Source: Eledone cirrhosa (Eukaryota). From it: DNA of 64,000 bases. Below the pieces are notes generated by a model. That model made no database searches. It was not told the DNA's origin and saw only the letters and a program-made list of their open reading frames with translations. Location of the stretch: the NCBI GenBank assembly GCA_964016885.1, contig OZ024742.1:65720001-65784000 (forward strand). The letters are read 5' to 3'. How positions within the stretch are numbered: position 1 is the stretch's first letter; every line of letters starts with the position of its first letter. Of this stretch, positions 58,101 to 64,000 are shown one piece after another. The position numbers were made by a program, and so were the translations under genes.

Positions 58101-60316
58101 CTACATTTTAAATTTAAATTTATATTTAAAAGTTGAGTTTAATCTATGTTTGCAGCAACTGAATAAATTTGTCCGTAGATTAAGGGAATTTTTAGATTTT
58201 AGTATAAAGAATATCTCCTCTGCGCAGAGGTCACATGTCTCAGAGGATGAATTAAAAGGAATCCCTCTTGAGACTATATTCCAAGCCGTCGAATATCTAA
58301 CGTTATCTAGCTTAAGTTGCCAGAGTACGCCTGATAGTGCCGTTGAAGATTTTTGCTTGGATCTGTGAAAGAATTCTTGTGGTTATTATAGCGAAGTTTA
58401 AATTCCGTCGATGTGGAACCGACGTAGTTAAAAAAATTAGAATCAGTTTTAACATTACAATTGTATACTATATTTTTAACTAAGCAGTTGTTATTTAACG
58501 GACATTTAGATCTATCTCTACAGTTACATTTGTTAACTTGTATATTATTTATGCTATTATCACTAGGTTTTAAGTTCCTATTATTTATTCTATTAATATT
58601 TTGTGCTAAATTTTTGGTGGATGAGTAGGTTAATTTAATAGTATGTCTATTGAAAATTGAGTGATACCTATGTGTTCTAGGGAAGCGATTATCAAGAGCT
58701 TTAAAAAATAGTTTAGCGATGTGGGTTTTAATGTTTAGTGAGAAAGGGGGGGGGGCAAACCAAATTATGTTCCTAGTTCTATTTCTTTTTTGGCCCTTGG
58801 AATTATTGTAATGCTTTCTATTATAGTTGTTAAGGTTGTTGCCGTAATTAAAATAGTTGTTATTTTGTTTAGTTTGTCTATCATTATCTATGTACATAAT
58901 CTTATCAGTATATCCTGCTCTAGCTAACGCTTCATTGTAGTACTGGGCTTTTTCGTCGAAAATCTTTCTATTAGACGAGATTCTAGAGATACGTTTTTGA
59001 ACAGAGTTTACTATAGTGTTTTTGACAGATCTGGGGTGGTTAGAGTTAAAGCTGACATAGTTTACGTTTTCATTCAACTTGTGAAAAGCAGAGTGAAGAC
59101 ATGTGTTGAGATTTAATGTTATATCTAGGAAATTGACTATTCTATGGTTGTTCTCAATTTCTATTTTAAGATTAAAGTAATTAAAAAATTGTGTAATTTG
59201 TTTACATTTTCTATTTAGTTCAGAGTTATTATTATCAATAAGTAAAAGCATGTCATCTCTATATAAACCTCCGGTAGTACCAGGTATTTTCCTATGTAGC
59301 GAATTGATTAAAAATAAGCCCACAAGGTCAGTTACCTGAGCTGAGTCGGATGATCCCATAGTAATGTCAAAATTGCTATCTCTATCTGCTCTGGTCCATA
59401 GTTGGTCATTAAATTCTATCAATGTTTTCCTAGCCGATAATATAATATGCATTTCATTGCTAGTTAGGTCTGTATGTTTGAATGCGTAATTTAGTGCCTT
59501 ATTTAGTAGATTAGGGGTAATAGAAGAATAATAGTTAGCAATATCAAGTTGAATAAACTTATTATTATTGTTATATTTAATTTGCTTAAACCACTCAACA
59601 ACCTCTCCAGTTCCCTTCAACAAGCTCAGGTTAGATAAACAATCCAAGTTCTTAATTTGCTGTATCACCCTGTCAAGAATGTTTTTGCTTAATTTGCCCA
59701 GGTCCGATTTTGATGGTGCGATCAATCTAACTGGCAAGTCATTTTCAAAATTCCTCTTGTGATCTTTCATATTGATCTTCGGTTTCCTGGGCACGAAAGG
59801 TTGTGTTCTGTTCTCAATTTCCAACTCGTGCATTATACAAGATGCTTCGACATTCATTTTCTCAAGCTCGGCCTTATCTGCTACCTTGTACTTTTTCCTC
59901 AGTTCTTTCAGTATGAGGCCATTATACATGTCTTTCTGCACTCCATAGAGGTTGTTGGTCTTGTCAGATTTCGCCAAGATCTTCTCAGTTTTCTGTAAGC
60001 TCTCAATATTATCCTTAATGGCTTTCAGATATTCCTGGCCTTTGAAGTTTCTCTTGAATTTGACCCCTTGTATGATAGAAATTATATCGTTTTCAAAGTC
60101 AGATAAAAGTTTGTTAGGGGGTGGATTTCTTTTAGATTTGAAAACTTTGTTTAAGTCCGAGACATTTTCATTTATATTAGATTTATCAAAGTGGAATGCT
60201 CGCCACCTGATTCTCCTTATAAAAGAGTCAGATTTATCTATTAATTGTTTTATAAAGTCTTTGTTTCTAGGTAGAGGTATGTCTTTTAAAGAGGAAGTAA
60301 TCTTAAAGAATTCCAT
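58101..60316 (-). CDS. Penelope-like retroelement ORF (Naiad-type RT + GIY-YIG endonuclease), about 738 aa with one frameshift at the A-run 58350-58354
   Basis: FIRRIRWRA, QLDIANYYSSI, FDITMGSSD, GLYRDD, NFLDITLNL, CNCR..CPL, NIVY...YVGST, FKLRYNNH; the shifted frame continues STALSGVLWQLK...CDLCAEE...CCKHR to a TAG at 58101. Confidence 0.92.
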
Positions 60317-60442
60317 TTTTTCAGTTATAATATAAAGCGCTCAACAGTATTGGAGCAAGATACATGGATATTTACATAATATTTACTAGTATTTTACATA
60401 ATATTTACTAGTTGTAACCCAACAATTTAAATATAACTTTCC

Positions 60443-60476
<34 letters not shown>

Positions 60477-60494
60477 ATATATACATATAAATAT

Positions 60495-60574
<80 letters not shown>

Positions 60575-60765
60575 GGTTATGCACGAGTGTATTAATGTTT
60601 TCCAGGACACAGTGTTATGTACCGTGTAGTGGAATGTCAGCTTACAACAGAGTGGTGCTCAATGAAATGCAGAAAATAGGTGTATATTCCAGTTTAGCTA
60701 TATTCCGGGGCGTGTATAAAGAATTAAAAAGAACAGAAAGATGCAGTAAAAGAGATTTATTCGGT

Positions 60766-60880
60766 TCTTACGTACGTTTCAATAGACATCTATTTGCCTA
60801 GATCTCGCTACATCTATAATATTATATATTTAGTAGAGCATTCGATATCCAATGCACAATCGATCCCATATCATCAGAGA
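60766..60880 (-). ncRNA. Type I hammerhead with about 90-nt stem II insert (H9), same sense as the Naiad ORF
   Basis: tct-CTGATGA-tatggg...tctatt-GAAA-cgtacg-TA-aga; palindromic stem III; stem I only 3 bp. Confidence 0.7.
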
Positions 60881-60897
60881 TTATGTTTGAAACATAA

Positions 60898-61012
60898 TCT
60901 CTGATGATATGGGATCGATTGTGCATTGGATATCGAATGCTCTACTAAATATATAATATTATAGATGTAGCGAGATCTAGGCAAATAGATGTCTATTGAA
61001 ACGTACGTAAGA
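60898..61012 (+). ncRNA. Type I hammerhead (H9), mirror copy
   Basis: Same motif on the plus strand. Confidence 0.7.
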
Positions 61013-61056
61013 ACCGAATAAATCTCTTTTACTGCATCTTTCTGTTCTTTTTAATT

Positions 61057-61125
<69 letters not shown>

Positions 61126-61202
61126 CAAATATATAAATATATATACCTATAGTTAGGATTGTTAAATGACAAATAGCAACATAAATGTACTTATGCAAGA
61201 CG

Positions 61203-61245
<43 letters not shown>

Positions 61246-61321
61246 GAAAAGCTCACAGGCATAGATATGGGCGTACATACGTACACATATGCATGCATAA
61301 ACACCACAAATACACACACTC

Positions 61322-61407
<86 letters not shown>

Positions 61408-61692
61408 TCATGGATCTATCGATCTGTTTTGATTCTGTTCTGGCTGAACAACTATTTTATCAATAACACCAAACACTGATTTTTCGTGAAGTAGGAAAAC
61501 ACTTCTGATTATCACTAATTGCTTCCCAACAGCATTGGTGTTTCATTCATCATTTGGCAATCAGTCTAATTGCTGCTGGTCCGTCCCCTTAAAGTAGTAG
61601 TGGGCGGGTTCAATTCTAGACAAAATTTGAAAGCTGATTAATTTGTCGTCTAGATAGCTATCGATTTTAATATATATATTTTAATATATATA

Positions 61693-61829
<137 letters not shown>

Positions 61830-61889
61830 TCATATATATGCATATATATATATGTGTGTGCGTATGTGTGTTCGCGGAGTTTCTGTGTT

Positions 61890-61920
<31 letters not shown>

Positions 61921-62559
61921 GCTGTAAGTTGCGCACGCAAGTAGGTACACTTCACTACAATGCCTAAAACTTATTGATTCCACGTCTCAATTATTTTAGA
62001 TTGCATTTCAAAATTACGACAGAAATGCATGTTTGCATTATTCATTCAAATACACATTTTATCTACAACGTATAATTACTTAAAATTATACACACGCAAC
62101 ACACACGCATACACCCCCACCCGCACACACATATATATACATATATATAATATAATAATGATAATAAAAAGGACGATTTGTTATGTGTTCATTATGTTTA
62201 TCGAGTAGTTACGTGCGTTTCGCTATTGATGAGCTTAAGGTTCGATCTGTATCGATCTAGCCCGACTCTGGAATCTCTATACTGACAAAAAATTACGCAT
62301 CGAGTGCTCACTCTGGTGAACCTACAGTAACTGGACGTTACATTCCTCATATGTATATATATATATGAAAATAGGGAGAAAAAGACGATTATTAGGATGA
62401 AAAATATTTTTTTTCCCTTTTATTTTTTTTCTCTTTTTTTCTGGGTTAGAAAATGTTTAAAACAAAATATTTTATTTTGTGAGAAGTGTTAAGGAATTAG
62501 TTAATTTATTTATTAATTAACAATGGCATTTATTTATTTATTTATATATTTAATAATTG

Positions 62560-62600
62560 TTTATTACCGGTTTCAGCATTTTATGCATTATCAAAGGGGG
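62560..62600 (-). ncRNA. Hammerhead-like U3-A8 core in the 3' UTR/pLTR of the second Penelope-like element
   Basis: TTGATAA-t gcat aaa atgc t-GAAA-ccgg-TA-ataaa; stem I poorly paired. Confidence 0.5.
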
Positions 62601-63056
62601 GAATTTGCGTTGGTGTAAAATGTTGGTGATGTTGAACATGTTAAGGAAATGGGGAAGAAAGAATAATGTTATTTACAAACAAGGTTTTTGAATTGAAAAG
62701 AAAAAAGAAAAAAGAAAAAAAGGGGGGTAATGTGGAACATGATAAGGTAATGGGAAAGAACAAATAATATTATTTACAGGCATAGTTCTTGAGGATAGGG
62801 AGTTCAAAAGGTGTTATTATGGTAAGAGTGCTTAGTTGATCCATGATGGAGGCAAATGGTAGTCTGGGGTTTGATATGATTTCCCTTTTTAAAGAATTAA
62901 TATGCAGGGGGAGGTAATCCAGGGTGGTCAGGTAGGGGAGAGAGAAATGAGAGGGGGTAATTCATTTATATAAGAAAAAGGATTAGGTAGGGTGTTAGGG
63001 AGGTAACTCTTTAGAGAACATAGGAATTAGGTTTTGGTTCATTGTTCGTTCCAGTT

Positions 63057-64000
63057 TTAGTTTAGTAAGAAGTTTAGTCCATTAATTAGAGGTTGGAATT
63101 TGTTAATGAAGTACGTTTCCTTATTGGTACGATGGATGAAAGAAGCGTTGTCTATGAATTTGTAAATGGGGAAAATTTTAAAGTTTGGATGTTGGTTAGG
63201 TGTACAATTGGCGATATGTTCACTAAAAGCAATCTTTTTGTATTCCTGTATTTTGATTTGTGATCTACGGACGGTCATACTTTGTCGGAGGCTGTTTTTT
63301 TGCCTGTCCTATGTAGTGCTCTTGACAACCTGAGCAGGTCAAAACATAGATTAAGTTTTCAGATGCACATGTAAAGTTGTGTTTAACTGTGAAATGTTGT
63401 CCTTGTTTAAAATGGAATGTTGAACCTTCTATTAGATTTATGCATATGCCACAGTTGGGCCTTCCGCATTTTTTTACTGTAGGGTTTATTGTGAGGGTTG
63501 GTTAAATTTTAGCTTGTGTGAGGATGTTTTTTATGGATTTAGGTTGTCTTTTGCTCTTTATGATGTTGTGTGTTTGGAGGATTTTGATCATTCTTGGGTC
63601 TCTTTTTAATGAAGGAATGTTCTGGAGGATGGTGTCGAATGCCTCATTGTTGAGGGGGTTGTGTGTGGAGATGTATGGTAGAGTTTTCTGTTGCGGTTCA
63701 TTCCTGGGTTTGGGGTGTCTGAGTTCCTGGATGTTGAGTTTTAGGGCACGTTGGAATCCATTGTCGATTAGGGATGGTGGGTAGTTTCTGCTGATAAGTG
63801 TGTTCTTTAATTCTTCTAGTCGTGTGTATCATGTGTATTTATCTGAAACTATTGTGCAGTCCTTCTGGCTAGGTTATAAGTAATTGCCATTTTGTTATAG
63901 TGAGGGTGGCATGAGTTAAATGGAAGATATTGTTTGGAGTCTGGGGGTTTGTAGTATATGTCTGTTTCTATTTTGTTATTTGTTTTCTTGATGAGGATGT
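63057..64000 (-). pseudogene. Penelope-like element (Neptune/Poseidon-type), RT thumb + GIY-YIG, frameshifted; runs off the window edge
   Basis: ETDIYYKPPDSKQYLPFNSCHP, CGRPNCGIC, NLIYVLTCSGCQEHYIGQ, EHIANC, RTNKETYFINKFQP. Confidence 0.85.

Larger units (their letters stand above)
60715..61063. repeat. Essentially perfect 349-bp palindrome: inverted pLTR at the 5' end of the Naiad element
   Basis: Arms mirror around G60889 (ttatgttt-g-aaacataa). Confidence 0.9.

Noticed and set aside
58101-60316. Selenoprotein (UGA recoding), as reported for some Naiad elements
   Set aside because: No in-frame TGA in either ORF segment; cysteines use TGT/TGC; no SECIS could be identified by eye
59568-60335. 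Plus-strand ORFs overlapping the Penelope ORF
   Set aside because: Antisense shadows of the RT reading frame

Overview
AT-rich, microsatellite-saturated eukaryotic DNA. The SINE and LINE content resembles a cephalopod (Octopus-like) genome; this assignment is an inference. No confident host protein-coding gene was found, and most listed ORFs are translations of (TA)n, (CA)n or (GA)n tracts. Recognisable elements: a near-intact Naiad-type Penelope-like retroelement (RT + GIY-YIG, 58101-60316 minus, one frameshift), a second decayed Penelope-like element at the right edge, a Tc1/mariner DD37D relic with related MITEs, RTE and CR1 LINE fragments, tRNA-derived SINEs, a 68-bp satellite and a 2.65-kb (NGT)n tract that reads as a Thr-rich mucin on the minus strand. 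The main hidden signal is a dense set of type I hammerhead ribozymes (HHRs). About 15 complete copies plus about 10 partial or mutated ones, from roughly 9-12 different sequence families, sit in non-coding fold-back or tandem modules inserted in (TA)n tracts. Many have palindromic stem III loops. Four families carry a compensatory U3-A8 core (UUGANAA) in place of C3-G8 (CUGANGA), and one forms a 525-nt wrap-around, retrozyme-like monomer. All folds were paired by eye, and no cleavage activity is demonstrated.
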